This document shows positions 1 through 13,722 of a stretch of DNA of 64,000 nucleotides, one piece after another (position 1 is the stretch's first letter; every line of letters starts with the position of its first letter). A program made the position numbers and the translations under genes. The stretch is from Eledone cirrhosa (lineage: Eukaryota). The DNA lies in assembly GCA_964016885.1 (NCBI GenBank), contig OZ024747.1:64666001-64730000 (forward strand). The letters are read 5' to 3'. The notes below the pieces were generated by a model. That model was not told where the DNA came from and did no database searches. It saw only the letters and a program-made list of their open reading frames with translations.

Positions 1-105
1 ACTCAGCGCGTGCTTGCGCATCATCAGCGACGGCATGCCCAGCCCACCGTTAGAAGGGTGTTGACAAGCAGATGGATCTCCTCACCAATGGAGCATGTTT
101 CTTCT
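1..105 (-). mobile_element. Tx1-clade LINE, 5'-truncated copy (ORF2 fragment running off the window start)
   Basis: Aligns by eye to ~55810-55912 of the full-length element (cggcatgcccagcccaccgttagaagggtg...gcagatggatctcctcacca). The truncation point abuts (GATA)n. Confidence 0.85.

Positions 106-195
<90 letters not shown>
106..195. repeat. (GATA)n microsatellite
   Basis: Perfect tetranucleotide run. Confidence 0.98.
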
Positions 196-478
196 GTAAA
201 AAGTGTGTGTGTAAATGTCACGTCGTTAAAAAAGTGGTTGTGGAGATTGAAAACTGAATTGAATTCATGCTTCGCCATCATTTTTTGACACAGGAAAATA
301 CTCTAATAATAACGAAGTCCATCCACGCTAATCCCCTTTCTTTTATTCTAATGATTATACGCTCTGGGATTACTAGACTATTTTCTGTAGTAAAAAAAAA
401 TACGTTGTATGTATATATATATATATATGTATATACATGCATATATACGTACATACAATCATATATATATATATATGT

Positions 479-1082
479 CAGGTCACCAGTTGGTGCTACT
501 GGTAACATGTATGCCAGTACAACCTGTCTCATGGTCGGGTCGTTGGCGACTAAACTGGCAACCCCACCAACGTTTCTTGGTGAGGGGGGTGACTTTGGAC
601 ATCCTGCAGATTAAAAACAAAACCTGTCAAAGGGCAAAGGAGCTCTTAAGAGTCAATGGCCATCCAAAATCACCGGGAGAGATGACCGCTTAGCCTTTGT
701 CAAGGCAGAATTCTAGGAGAAGTAAACTCTGATATAACACCTGCAACCCTGATGGTATCCAATGATGTTGTCTTGTTCTTCTTTTTGGTAAATATCATCT
801 TGGTTAAGTGGGACTGGCTTTGTGCAGTGCCTTTGCTCACTATAAAAGCATCACGGCACAGGCATTGCTTTATATCTGGAGATCTCTCTGCACTTGTCGT
901 CACATGGTACCATGGGCCCAGCACTATATGTCAATAATTGTCACAAGTGTAGTGTTTGTACCAGGAGTTTTCAAGTCGCTGGCTGGACTAAAAAGTCACA
1001 CTCGTTCAGCGCATCAGTAGGGGGTTCTCCTACATGGATATAAAGTAGTGGCCCGTACTCGAAAACGAGTTGGCAGCCACCA
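479..1082 (+). mobile_element. Non-autonomous bipartite RTE-derived element (5'UTR-like part joined to a 3' C2H2 finger remnant)
   Basis: ctaggagaagtaaactctga resembles RTE 5'UTRs. The 3' end encodes CSVC...[15 protein letters not shown]. Flanked by (TA)n. A second copy lies at 27205-27538. Confidence 0.6.
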
Positions 1083-1481
<399 letters not shown>

Positions 1482-1792
1482 ATTAAGTGTAAGGAATTCT
1501 TTTACAATGGAATTAGCTCGAAAGGAAATATTCCTGAGCCGTGTATAAAAGTAATATATATGAGTAATATATATGTTGAAACAGATACCAACATATCTGT
1601 ATTTATATTGCAAAAGAAAGTTAGCCAGACTGAAGAATATTAATTACTATACCACAGTTCGTCCACATCGATTTAAAATAATAATAATAATAAATCGACA
1701 AAAACTAGTTGTGATGCCAAATGGCAATGATGTTTATACATATTTAAATTTCAAAGTCCAAACCTGTTCAGTAGATAAGTTTAAACCTCAAA

Positions 1793-1857
1793 ATCCAAAC
1801 ATGTTTCGAGATGGATATAAGTGTAGGAATATCATGCCACTGCTCTCCTCAGTAAAC
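1793..1857 (-). ncRNA. Minimal type I hammerhead ribozyme motif (unit 1)
   Basis: Minus strand: GUUUA CUGAGGA GAG..(long stem II with GUGG/CCAU)..CUC GAA ACAUGU U UGGAU. Palindromic stem III; wobble-rich stem I. Confidence 0.72.
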
Positions 1858-2319
1858 ATCCAGAGACAATTGATAAGCTTCACTTCTAAATAATTTAAAA
1901 GACTGTGTGACGCACATGGGTTCACAGATTCAGGCTAGTCTCATAACCGTACTGCTAGAAATAACAGTCGTATATATGAGGCGAATTTTAGCTCGACGAA
2001 GAGCCGTTATATTAAGTGTAAGGAATTCTTTTACAATGGAATTAGCTCGAAAGGAAAATTCCTGAGCCGTGTATAAAAGTAATATATATGAGTAATATAT
2101 ATGTTGAAACAGATACCAACATATCTGTATTTATATTGCAAAAGAAAGTTAGCCAGACTGAAGAATATTAATTACTATACCACAGTTCGTCCACATCGAT
2201 TTAAAATAATAATAATAATAAATCGACAAAAACTAGTTGTGCTGCCAAATGGCAATGATGTTTATACATATTTAAATTTCAAAGTCAAACCTGTTCAGTA
2301 GATAAGTTTAAACCTCAAA

Positions 2320-2383
2320 ATCCAAACATGTTTCGAGATGGATATAAGTGTAGGAATATCATGCCACTGCTCTCCTCAGTAAC
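2320..2383 (-). ncRNA. Hammerhead motif (unit 2)
   Basis: Same core; 1-nt deletion in the stem I arm. Confidence 0.65.
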
Positions 2384-2844
2384 ATCCAGAGACAATTGAT
2401 AAGCTTCACTTCTAAATAATTTAAAAGACTGTGTGACGCACATGGTTCACAGATTCAGGCTAGTCTCATAACCGTACTGCTAGAAATAACAGTGGTATAT
2501 ATGAGGCGAATTTTAGCTCGACGAAGAGCGTTATATTAAGTGTAAGGAATTCTTTTACAATGGAATTAGCTCGAAAGGAAATATTCCTGAGCCGTGTATA
2601 AAAGTAATATATATGAGTAATATATATGTTGAAACAGATACCAACATATCTGTATTTATATTGCAAAAGAAAGTTAGCCAGACTGAAGAATATTAATTAT
2701 TATACCACAGTTCGTCCACATCGATTTAAAATAATAATAATAATAAATCGACAAAAACTAGTTGTGCTGCCAAATGGCAATGATGTTTATACATATTTAA
2801 ATTTCAAAGTCAAACCTGTTCAGTAGATAAGTTTAAACCTCAAA

Positions 2845-2909
2845 ATCCAAACATGTTTCGAGATGGATATAAGTGTAGGAATATCATGCCACTGCTCTCC
2901 TCAGTAAAC
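2845..2909 (-). ncRNA. Hammerhead motif (unit 3)
   Basis: Identical to the unit 1 motif. Confidence 0.72.
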
Positions 2910-3325
2910 ATCCAGAGACAATTGATAAGCTTCACTTCTAAATAATTTAAAAGACTGTGTGACGCACATGGGTTCACAGATTCAGGCTAGTCTCATAACC
3001 GTACTGCTAGAAATAACAGTCGTATATATGAGGCGAATTTTAGCTCGACGAAGAGCCGTTATATTAAGTGTAAGGAATTCTTTTACAATGGAATTAGCTC
3101 GAAAGGAAATATTCCTGAGCCGTGTATAAAAGAATTGTAAAAGCCATTGTAAAAGAATTCCTTACACTTAATATAACGGCTCTTCGTCGAGCTAAAATTC
3201 GCCTCATATATACGACTGTTATTTCTAGCAGTACGGTTATGAGACTAGCCTGAATCTGTGAACCCATGTGCGTCACACAGTCTTTTAAATTATTTAGAAG
3301 TGAAGCTTATCAATTGTCTCTGGAT

Positions 3326-3390
3326 GTTTACTGAGGAGAGCAGTGGCATGATATTCCTACACTTATATCCATCTCGAAACATGTTTGGAT
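3326..3390 (+). ncRNA. Hammerhead motif (inverted unit)
   Basis: gttta ctgagga gag cagtggcatgatattcctacacttatatccat ctc gaa acatgt t tggat, read on the + strand. Confidence 0.72.
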
Positions 3391-3638
3391 TTTGAGGTTT
3401 AAACTTATCTACTGAACAGGTTTGACTTTGAAATTTAAATATGTATAAACATCATTGCCATTTGGCAGCACAACTAGTTTTTGTCGATTTATTATTATTA
3501 TTATTTTAAATCGATGTGGACGAACTGTGGTATAATAATTAATATTCTTCAGTCTGGCTAACTTTCTTTTGCAATATAAATACAGATATGTTGGTATCTG
3601 TTTCAACATATATATTACTCATATATATTACTTTTATA

Positions 3639-4617
<979 letters not shown>

Positions 4618-4990
4618 GATGTACGAAGTCATAATTGAGTTCATTAAGTAACCAGGATGTCTATTGTTCTGTCCCACACCACACTGTGGCATCTTGGGCC
4701 ACAGTTTCAGGTTACTTCGAGCAATGTGTCTGAAATTAGATAGAGAAAAGCCTATGTAAATCCCGTCGGATGAGAATTTACATGCAATTCAAACATCCAC
4801 GATGATATGTTTAAAGAAACTTGTGAAGGCTACTTACACGAGTCTTTGCACGCTAATTCAATGACTATTTCATTAACCCTTTAGCATTTAAACTGGACAT
4901 ATCCGGTTAGAATTCTCTCACCTCTTTTTGTTCAAAACGGCCGTAGCTGGCTCTTCATGATGACCTAAAGTTATTTTTCTTTAATATAAA

Positions 4991-5065
4991 TAATTGTTTC
5001 TACATTTGGCACAAGGCCAGCAATTATTCAGTGCATTACTGGTACTTTATTGACCCATGTAATGA
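4991..5065 (-). mobile_element. SINE 3' fragment
   Basis: Reverse complement of the SINE tail (aagtaccagtaatgcactg...ggccttgtgcc...gtagaaacaatta). Confidence 0.8.
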
Positions 5066-5789
5066 ATAATATCAAAATCTCATAGATTGGATATTATGTG
5101 AGATATGTATGTGAGGTAAAGACTTTAGTGCGAACATACAATAGTAAATATAGAGTAATGTAAAGACTAATGTGTTAAGCTGATCGAATAAATGGATGCC
5201 CATACGTTGTTTTTAAAAAGTAAATAGAACATGGCTTAAGGTCAGCCGAAGTCAATCAAATTTGATACGAATATAGTTAAAGAGCAATAACCAGAAACAC
5301 GTGTTTGGCAATTTTGTTATGAAAAACTATTTAACATATAAAATAATTTTAATGTTTTCAGACCAACATTCTAATTACTTGTTTCAGTATGTAATAGACT
5401 AAAGTTAGACTAATTCTATTGTAACCTGTTTTAGTATGTAAGGGGGAAAAAACGACGAAATCTTAGAGAAATATAAATTTTCCAATTGACTGCTTCAAAC
5501 GACACACCAATAAATCAGACGTAATTGAATGATATTTATTTCTAAGTTTTAAATATATCTGACCTTATTTCTTTTATTTTTATGAGACAACAAAATTGTA
5601 AATTTTAATACGTTTTTCTGCCAACAGAATTATCAGTATATCTCAATTTGTACTTAGCAACCAGAAATAAATTTGAAAACTTTGTATATTTCACAATTTC
5701 TGTTATTTGTTAGTATTTAATATATGCATTTTATTATCAGATATATACTTTCACACATTTTTTAAACAAAGAAATTAATAACGATACCT

Positions 5790-6780
5790 GCTGTGGAAGG
5801 TTCTTCAAGAGTAGATAGTTAGTTTCTGGGATCGATAGTCAGTTTCTTACTACTCTGAAGTCTCTATACGAATGCCTGAGTATTTTTGTGGGGATGAATA
5901 GTGACAAATCGAAACCATTCAATGTAGGAGACGGATTTCGCCAAGGGTACCCACTGTCACCTCTCCTGCTCATTATTTCCATGAACAGGATTGACAAGCG
6001 CAGCCGGGTTGGACGTGGTGTCGGGACAGGAAGGTGTAGAATCAGTGGGCTGGAATTTGCAGACGACATGGTGTTACTTAACTTGACAGAAGGTATTCTG
6101 CGACATGCACATGATAGGTTTGATACCGAATGCTAGAATGAAAATCGGTGATGCGAAGAGTAAGATATACCTTCCCTCAGGGAAGCCTGCGCACTGAACT
6201 CTACATATGAATGGAGTTCCACTGAAGCAGGTGGAGAAGTTCAAGTATCTCCGGGATGTGTTCACAAGTGATGGAAGGCAGGAGGCTGAATTATGTGCAT
6301 GAATTGCAGCAGCTAGTGAAGTTATGCTGGTTCCAACTTTTATCTATGGTCATGAATCGTAGGTAATGACCGAAAGTATAGGATCGCGAATACAAGTGGC
6401 CGAAATGGGGTTCCTCCGAAGGGTTATTGGAGTAACGTTACTCGATAGAGCTCATAGCTTGGAGATCAGAGAGTCTCTTCAGGTAGAGCCGTTACTTCCT
6501 CGAATTGAGAAACCACAACTCGGTTACTATGTTAGAATGTCTCAGGAAAATTCGTTGGGGAGATTTTACGGAGCAAAACCAACCGGCAGGAGACCCAAGA
6601 GTAGACCCCGAGAAAGGTAGTAGGATAACATAAATGAGCTCGGCTGATCAGGCTTGGGGATCCAGCCGGATCAATTGGAGATGGTTCCTTCTGACAGAAC
6701 CTGATGCAATGATTAATTGAGGATTCTGCCCCCACGACCAACGCAAGAAGAAGAAGGAATGAGTGGGTGAAGAAGAAAGG
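5790..6780 (+). pseudogene. Decayed 5'-truncated RTE-clade LINE (RT C-terminal half to 3' end)
   Basis: GFRQGYPLSPLL, LEFADD, QVEKFKYL, AEMGFLRR and GRRPKSRPR motifs with stops and frameshifts; GAA-rich tail. Confidence 0.88.
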
Positions 6781-7258
6781 AATTTCGGAGGGTAAGTAAT
6801 AATTTTCTCTCAAAAATAATTTTAAATATAAAATCTTAGCTTAAATCATAAGAAGTTTGACTATTTACTGGTTTATGGGCGTAATAAAAGTGTATTAACA
6901 TTAGTCAAACCCATGTTTTACGTCTCTCCACTTCGAGATAGACAGATTAAAATGGGAATGTCAATCTCTTTCTCTCTCCCTCTCTCTGTTACTCTTTCTC
7001 TCTCGCTGTCTTTCTTTTTTTCTCGCTCTCTCTGGAAGAAGTTTTGTGTGTTCAAACATACAAAGGGACGGGCTCATCCGGATCTAAATTGCCCTAACAC
7101 GCGTGGTCTGTCACGGCTCCACCTGGTTGCAAGCGCCACTTACCTTACTGCATTCTACATGACCCAATAAGGCATATTCCCTTATAATGTGCTATGTATT
7201 TCAATCATACACTTAAGAAAACCAACAGAATCAGTTCCGAGCTCTCTCAGTGTCTCCC

Positions 7259-7362
<104 letters not shown>

Positions 7363-9344
7363 CATATTGATAATCTCTGTTAAAATTATTGGGGAGAAAC
7401 CATTCGATTATATCAACTCTAGTATACAAATGGGATTCATAATAATTCATTGTGCGACATTTATGTGGTTGATACATCCTAGGGTTTTGGACAATGAACT
7501 AAAGTGATATTTGAATTAAGGACACTATGTTAATAGATAATATGAGCTGGAAAGTACTCATCCAGTGAAGCTGGGCTTTGGAAACCATTTGGAATTTTAG
7601 TTGATATCAAGATACATTGAGTCTATTGCTTCTGATAAACGGTATGGACCTTGCAACCAGAATTTCATTATCCTTTAAATCAATATGAATGGATAACCAT
7701 TCATTCGTGTGTGATAGTTATATTTACAACGATTAACCGAGCGGATGGCTGTAATTGGATTTAAAATAACCAAGCACAAGACAGATTAGATCACTGTGGT
7801 CTTTAGGAGAGATAGACTGAAGTTGACATGTATGTGGTCAGCTTGTAGCAATGTATACAATATCTTCAGAAGGTATGGAAATAAATATAAACTACACTCA
7901 TATATTGTAACCTGGAATTACTAAATGTAGATATAGATGTGGCTCTTATTTAGCCAAGCATTAGCATTACATTCATAATATTCTAGTCATTTTTCTATTC
8001 ACGAATATTTATATAGAACTAAACTATCCAACACCGTCATCCAACTTTTTTACTGTCTTAAATTTTACGTGTTTGAAATGTGAGATGTTTGTCTTTTAAT
8101 TTAAATATCTCAAACAGCCCCGTTAGTGTTCTCTTACTGGCTGTTCTGAAATTACAAATATTAGATCTTACTATCGTTGGAAAACTCTGTAATCGAATAT
8201 GGAGAAGAAAATAGTAACTCAAGATTTTGAAATCAAAAATATACTGTTATACGACAGCAGCATAGATTTCATTTCATATTTACACCTAATTTAACAGGTT
8301 TCCTCCTCTGATTTAGCAACAAATAAATTACACCTAACAACGAATTATTTCCATAACCTAAGTAGAGAGTTTGTAATGTTACGACAAAAAAACAAAAAAC
8401 GCTGAAATCATAACTCACAATATACTTCGTATAGTTTTCTCACTTTCACTATTTTCTCCCCGCCTCTCTCCTCTCCTCTCCTCCCCTCTCTCACTCTCTC
8501 TCTGACACTCTCGGTGTTTATCTCTCCTTCTCCATGATTTGTGTGAACTGCAAGCAGGCAAAGCTAGTAAGGTATTTTGAAATTACATAGTAATATTCCT
8601 CAACATGTTTTATGGCTTTCCCATATATATGAAACCATTAGCATGTAATCTTCATATTGAAATAATTCTAATTCTTATACTCTGGTTATAAATATATGAG
8701 ATTTATATGTGGCAAATGTATATATTGATTAATAAGGATTACTAACTTCAGAAAAGCAAGCCACACATTTTCTGGGGAGAAACAAGCTAGTTAAATCGAT
8801 TCCAGTAGTTCCCTAATATATTTTGATGCTGCGGATGTTGAGGTTGTTATTCACCAGAGATCGAACAGACGTATAACGAACATCTTTTCAGTTGTGGCCA
8901 TGCTACCTTATGTTCAATGATTACAATATCGAATTAATGATTTCTTTTTTTTTTGTAAACAGCATGGTGTTATTTGTGGGACATTTAGCTAATATTTTTA
9001 TCGGATTGAGCTACCACATAGAAGCTTCTCAATAATCTTGTTTCTCGTATATAGTTTATCGATTTAATAATGATTAATGCAAAAATGAACCCTGATTTTA
9101 TTAGAAATTAAATCTCATACGAATGTACCTTTTATGGCGCATTGTACTTTGTCCAACGATCTGCCAATTCTAGCGTAGAATAATTCTCGCACAAGTGGCT
9201 ATTATTGAAGATTAAGTAATTTATTTCACGGATGGTCGGTAACTTAAAATCAATGGTATCTGTTAAAGAAATACTTATCAAATTTTCACGGCTGATCGCA
9301 ATGCGTAGAATCCCAGGGGTAGTTCGACATTGTAGAAATAATAG

Positions 9345-9553
9345 TTCCTGATTTAAGTACAAGCTCAAACATTTTGGGGATGAGGAAAGTCGATTAACTC
9401 GACCCCAGTTCGTTACTGGTACTTTATTTTATTGACCCTGTATGGGTGAAAAGGCAAAGCTAACCTCGGTGAGATTTGAACTAAGAACGAAAAGCGCAGC
9501 AACTCTATGCTGCAAAGCATATTGTCTGACGCTCTACGTATACTGCCAATCCA
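9345..9553 (-). mobile_element. tRNA-type SINE (diverged)
   Basis: Reverse complement of the head (tggattggcagta, gttcaaatc) and the ctttgcctttt...aagtaccag body. Confidence 0.8.
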
Positions 9554-10893
9554 GAAATAATAGCCAAATCCCCTCGTATTACGCCTATAAATTTAATAGG
9601 ATAACTAAAAAAAAAAAGGCAGAATGTGAGGGAGCGAACAGCAATAAACAATTTAATGACATCCTTCGTCTGATTTTCTTCAATGAATGAGACGCCAGTA
9701 TAGCTATCTTTTTTCAGACAATTACCACAGAACACTTCTTGATGCAGAACTTTTAAGGACTAGTTCAGATATTTGTGACTACTAATGGCTGTGGACAATG
9801 AGTTCGTTCCTTTTCCAGGAATTAACCCTGATATCTTCATCACATCATCCCTGCCGTTGTTACAGGGTCAATCGCTCAATGTATTGCTAAATATCCATAA
9901 AATATTTACTTCATTAACTATGAGCGCAGGCTACGAGAGCAAAACTAACTCTGTTGATGATATATTATGGCGGTCGCATTTATTTATATTTATCTGACTG
10001 TTTTTAAGAAGAAAACACGCTGGTTTTTCAAAGAACGCAGGTGATAAAAGATAGAATATTAGCCGCCTGTACTTCGGTGGCTTCTACTGTAGACTAAAGC
10101 GACATGTAATGATATAATATTCCGAATATATAAATGACATCCATTAATATCACAAATAGAACTCAAGAATATTTATCTGAAAGAGATAACAGTGAGCGTT
10201 GAATTTGTTATGATCAAATATATGAACGTGATAGTATATTTAGTGAAAAATATTTTGTGATGAAGAGTAAAGTATTTGCTGACGTTTTAAATTTACATAT
10301 GGCGCCGCTGCGTGAATGAATGGAAAATGACAGAATTTGTTAAAGAGATAGAGCAAGTGTTATTGGTTGGTCTCATGATATTTTAGAATGTTAAGTTTAC
10401 GGATTTTCATGATGGAAGTGAAAGATTCTATATAGAGGAATCTATTTCTACAGAACATAAAATATCATAACGAATAATCCGTAGTGAGAGCGAGGATATA
10501 TGTTCAAAAATTATATAATATTATAATTATATATAATTATCGAATATTCTGAATTTCATGATACATATATTAGGAAAGGAAAAGATAACTAAATCAATAC
10601 CACTACTCTTTGATGTGCTTTTATTATTGGTTACAGAGGGATAAAAAGTGAATGCAAATTGAGCGGGATTAGAACTCAGAAATTAAAGAAGCATGATCTA
10701 ATATTTATTTCTGCAATATCTTACACATTACCCATAGTTTTTATATATATGTGTGTGCGTGTTCATGTATATATATATATATATATGTGTGTGTTGTCTG
10801 TGTGTGTATGTGTGTGTATTTATATATATATATATATACAAATACAAATATATATATATATATATACATGTATATATATAGATATACACATAT

Positions 10894-10934
<41 letters not shown>

Positions 10935-11271
10935 TATATACACATATATAGATATATATATATATTCACATATATATATACACATACACATATATATACA
11001 TAAGGTTGAGTACTGCCACCCGTTTATGTGTATATATATATACAACCTGTTGGTTCTATCGTTACTTTGGTATATTATTGTGTTAGATTTTGCCTACCAC
11101 AATGTTCGATTTGTCAAGCTATTTAAACGTATGTTTAAAGGACCTCTAAGGACTCTAAGGACCTACGTTATCGAGGTCTTTGCTAACTCATCATTTCATA
11201 TAAGTAGGCCGAAATTGCTTGCAAACCGCCAGAGATTCGATTTTACTAAATTTCCAATTATATATATATAC

Positions 11272-11346
11272 ACCCACTCTACTACCCTAAGTATTGAGTA
11301 CTCTGGTGCGTTATGGTCCATCCGGTTCCTTACCACACCTCCTTCG

Positions 11347-11350
<4 letters not shown>
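11272..11350 (+). repeat. ~80-bp dispersed repeat between (TA)n tracts (second copy 13816-13895)
   Basis: ctactaccctaagtat(t/c)gagtactctggtgcgttatggt...ggttccttaccacac is shared by both copies. Confidence 0.85.
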
Positions 11351-11389
<39 letters not shown>

Positions 11390-11391
<2 letters not shown>

Positions 11392-11465
11392 GGGTGTCCC
11401 ATAAAATGTATACACTTTGATTACCTGTACAGGCAGTATTGTATGCATTTTAGGAGGACACCCTG
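11390..11465. mobile_element. 76-bp Tc1/mariner-type mini-MITE
   Basis: TIRs CAGGGTGTCC / GGACACCCTG with inner aaaatgtataca / tgtatgcatttt. Confidence 0.7.
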
Positions 11466-11516
11466 TGTATGTATGTATATATCTACATATATGCATGTGT
11501 CTGTGTGTTTATCTCC

Positions 11517-11553
<37 letters not shown>

Positions 11554-12169
11554 TGTGTCAGTAAATTGAAACTGTTATATCATGGAAAAACAGTAAACTT
11601 CAACAACTAAATATGTGTCTAGCAATAAAACATTTGAGTAAATATATGTTCTTAGTGAACGAAGAGGAGTGTAGAATTATTATTCTACGAATATTTAATG
11701 CAACAAGTTTATCAGACGCCAAAGTAATCTTAATACATGTAGCAGAGTAGGAACATTAATCCGTAAATAGTTTTACATTCTCCACTTTCCTTTAGCAGTA
11801 TACTTCTACTTACATCTAGACATTCTTATACTATCTAAACTTTTCTAACCGACAACTGCAGAAACACTGCTAGACATTCTTTATAAACTGCAAAATAAAT
11901 GCAATATTGGCACCGAACATATGGTATTAGCAAATATTTCAAATCTTTAATGAGGTATTTGTTTTCGGGCCTGCCAGAAACTGACATGAGATTTTGTTGA
12001 TTTAAACAAATCTTTTAGATGGATTTTATCGTTTAACGTATTAACTACAACTTGCATACTGATTAAATCAAATCCAGCTGTGGCTGTTTTGTTTCTATAA
12101 ATACAGTGGCCCGCATCTTACGCGCTCAATTGTTTCTCGCTGTCTCTGCATTATGCATTATTAACAAAC

Positions 12170-12332
12170 TGGAGTGGCAATGTCGGTAGAGGGTCGGACG
12201 CAATGCTTTGCAGCATAGACTTACGCCTCTTTACGGTCTGAGTTCAAATCCCACCGGGGTCGATAAAATAAAGTACCAGTAATGCACTGGTATAATTGCT
12301 GGCCTTGTGTCAAAAGTAGAAACAGTTATTAA
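12170..12332 (+). mobile_element. tRNA-type SINE (internally deleted)
   Basis: A-box-like tggcaatgtcgg, B-box gagttcaaatccc, body ggggtcgataaaataaagtaccag, tail gtagaaacagttatt. Confidence 0.85.
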
Positions 12333-12892
12333 CAAACAGCGTATGAACAATATTATAGTACCTATGTATGTTTCTGCTCACTGGAAGTTGGGAACACTCA
12401 GGAAAAGAATAGTTGACTTAGTGGTTATAGTTTTTGTTTTGTGTGTATGTGTTTGTGCGTTTTTTGTGTTGTTTCGGTTTTTTTTTGGCAATATTAGCTG
12501 ATACATTTTTGTGTGTAACAACACGTTAAGCGTTTTAAAGCTTTTTTTTTTTCAGAAGTATCTACTGACAGCGTACCTTAAATGCCATATTATTCAAAGC
12601 CGCTAAGATATAAGCACACTGTACATTACGCTCAAGTGTGGCAATCTTAAATTGATATTTCTAAATAGATTAGACAAAACACACACGTGTGGGCACGTAC
12701 ACACACAGACACACACACATACACACATACACGCACACACACACATACGCACACATACACAAGTACACACACACACTTTTATTTTCAATTTCATATAGTA
12801 TATCTATCTATTTAGAATGGTAATTAACGTCAAATATTTGTTCGTCACAATAGATGTAAAAGTGAAAACAGGCTACACATAAGATTTTATAA

Positions 12893-13122
12893 TGGTTTCT
12901 ACTATAGGCATAAGGCCAGCAATTTAGGGGGTGGGAAAAGTCGATAAAATAAAGCACCATTAATGCACCAGTGCATTACTGGTGATTTATTTTATCGACC
13001 CCGTAAAGATGAAAGGCAAAGCTAACCTCGGCGGGCTTTGAACTCAGATCATAAATTGACGTAAGTCTATGCTGCAAAGCATGTTGTCCGACGCTCTACC
13101 GATACTGCCAATCCACCGCCCT
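12893..13122 (-). mobile_element. tRNA-type SINE
   Basis: Reverse complement of the consensus seen at 21176-21365. Confidence 0.88.
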
Positions 13123-13428
13123 ATAAGAGTTTATAATGAGAAACGCTCGTATGACAAAAGAACTCTCACTCTCGATATTTAAAGATAAGCAGACAATGAG
13201 CAAAAATACCGCGATATCTACAACGACTACATTTATATTCACACTTGCATAAACATAGTACACTCTCCAGAGGGGGAAAGGAAGGTGATTTGAGTGATTA
13301 TATCAACCCCAATATGGGACCGAAATCAATCCTGCCCGCAGCGGTGAAAGAAAATTGATTTCGATGGGAACGTAAAAAAAAGTTTAAACAAATACCACAA
13401 GGCATTTTGTCCAGTGTACTAACGATCC

Positions 13429-13700
13429 TGCTAATTTATTTTAGTAATAAGCAACAAGACGAAGAAGAACAACAGCATCAACAATACACACACGTATACA
13501 GTATGTCCCCCAAAATATATACATACATTGATTAAATGTATGTATACATTAGCTGTTGAAGTGTGAATACATTTTAATGGGATACTATGTATCTATGTGT
13601 GTGTGTATTGGTAATGGTGATATTGTTGATGCTGCTTTTGTTGCTGTTGCTGTTCTTTTTTTTTTGTCTTCTTGCTTATTACTAAAATGATAAATTAGCA
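13429..13700. repeat. Fold-back region with a central decayed mariner-type mini-MITE
   Basis: tgctaatttattttagtaataagcaa pairs with ttgcttattactaaaatgataaattagca. The centre (tacagtatgtccc...gggatactatgta) resembles 11390-11465. Confidence 0.7.
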
Positions 13701-13722
13701 AGATGGTTTTACAATTATATAT

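Larger units (their letters stand above)
1482..3638. repeat. ~527-bp tandem repeat (3 full units + partial) followed by a ~495-bp inverted copy; hammerhead-bearing, retrozyme-like
   Basis: Unit start attaagtgtaagg at 1482, 2011, 2535 and 3063 (periods 529, 524, 528). 3144-3638 is the reverse complement of ~2597-3091. Confidence 0.95.

Noticed and set aside
1573-1893. 66-106 aa ORF repeated in each 527-bp unit
   Set aside because: No recognisable motif, the length changes with a 1-nt indel, and it crosses an (AAT)n tract.
1482-3638. CRISPR-like or prokaryotic repeat array
   Set aside because: Units are long and identical with no unique spacers, and the context is eukaryotic.
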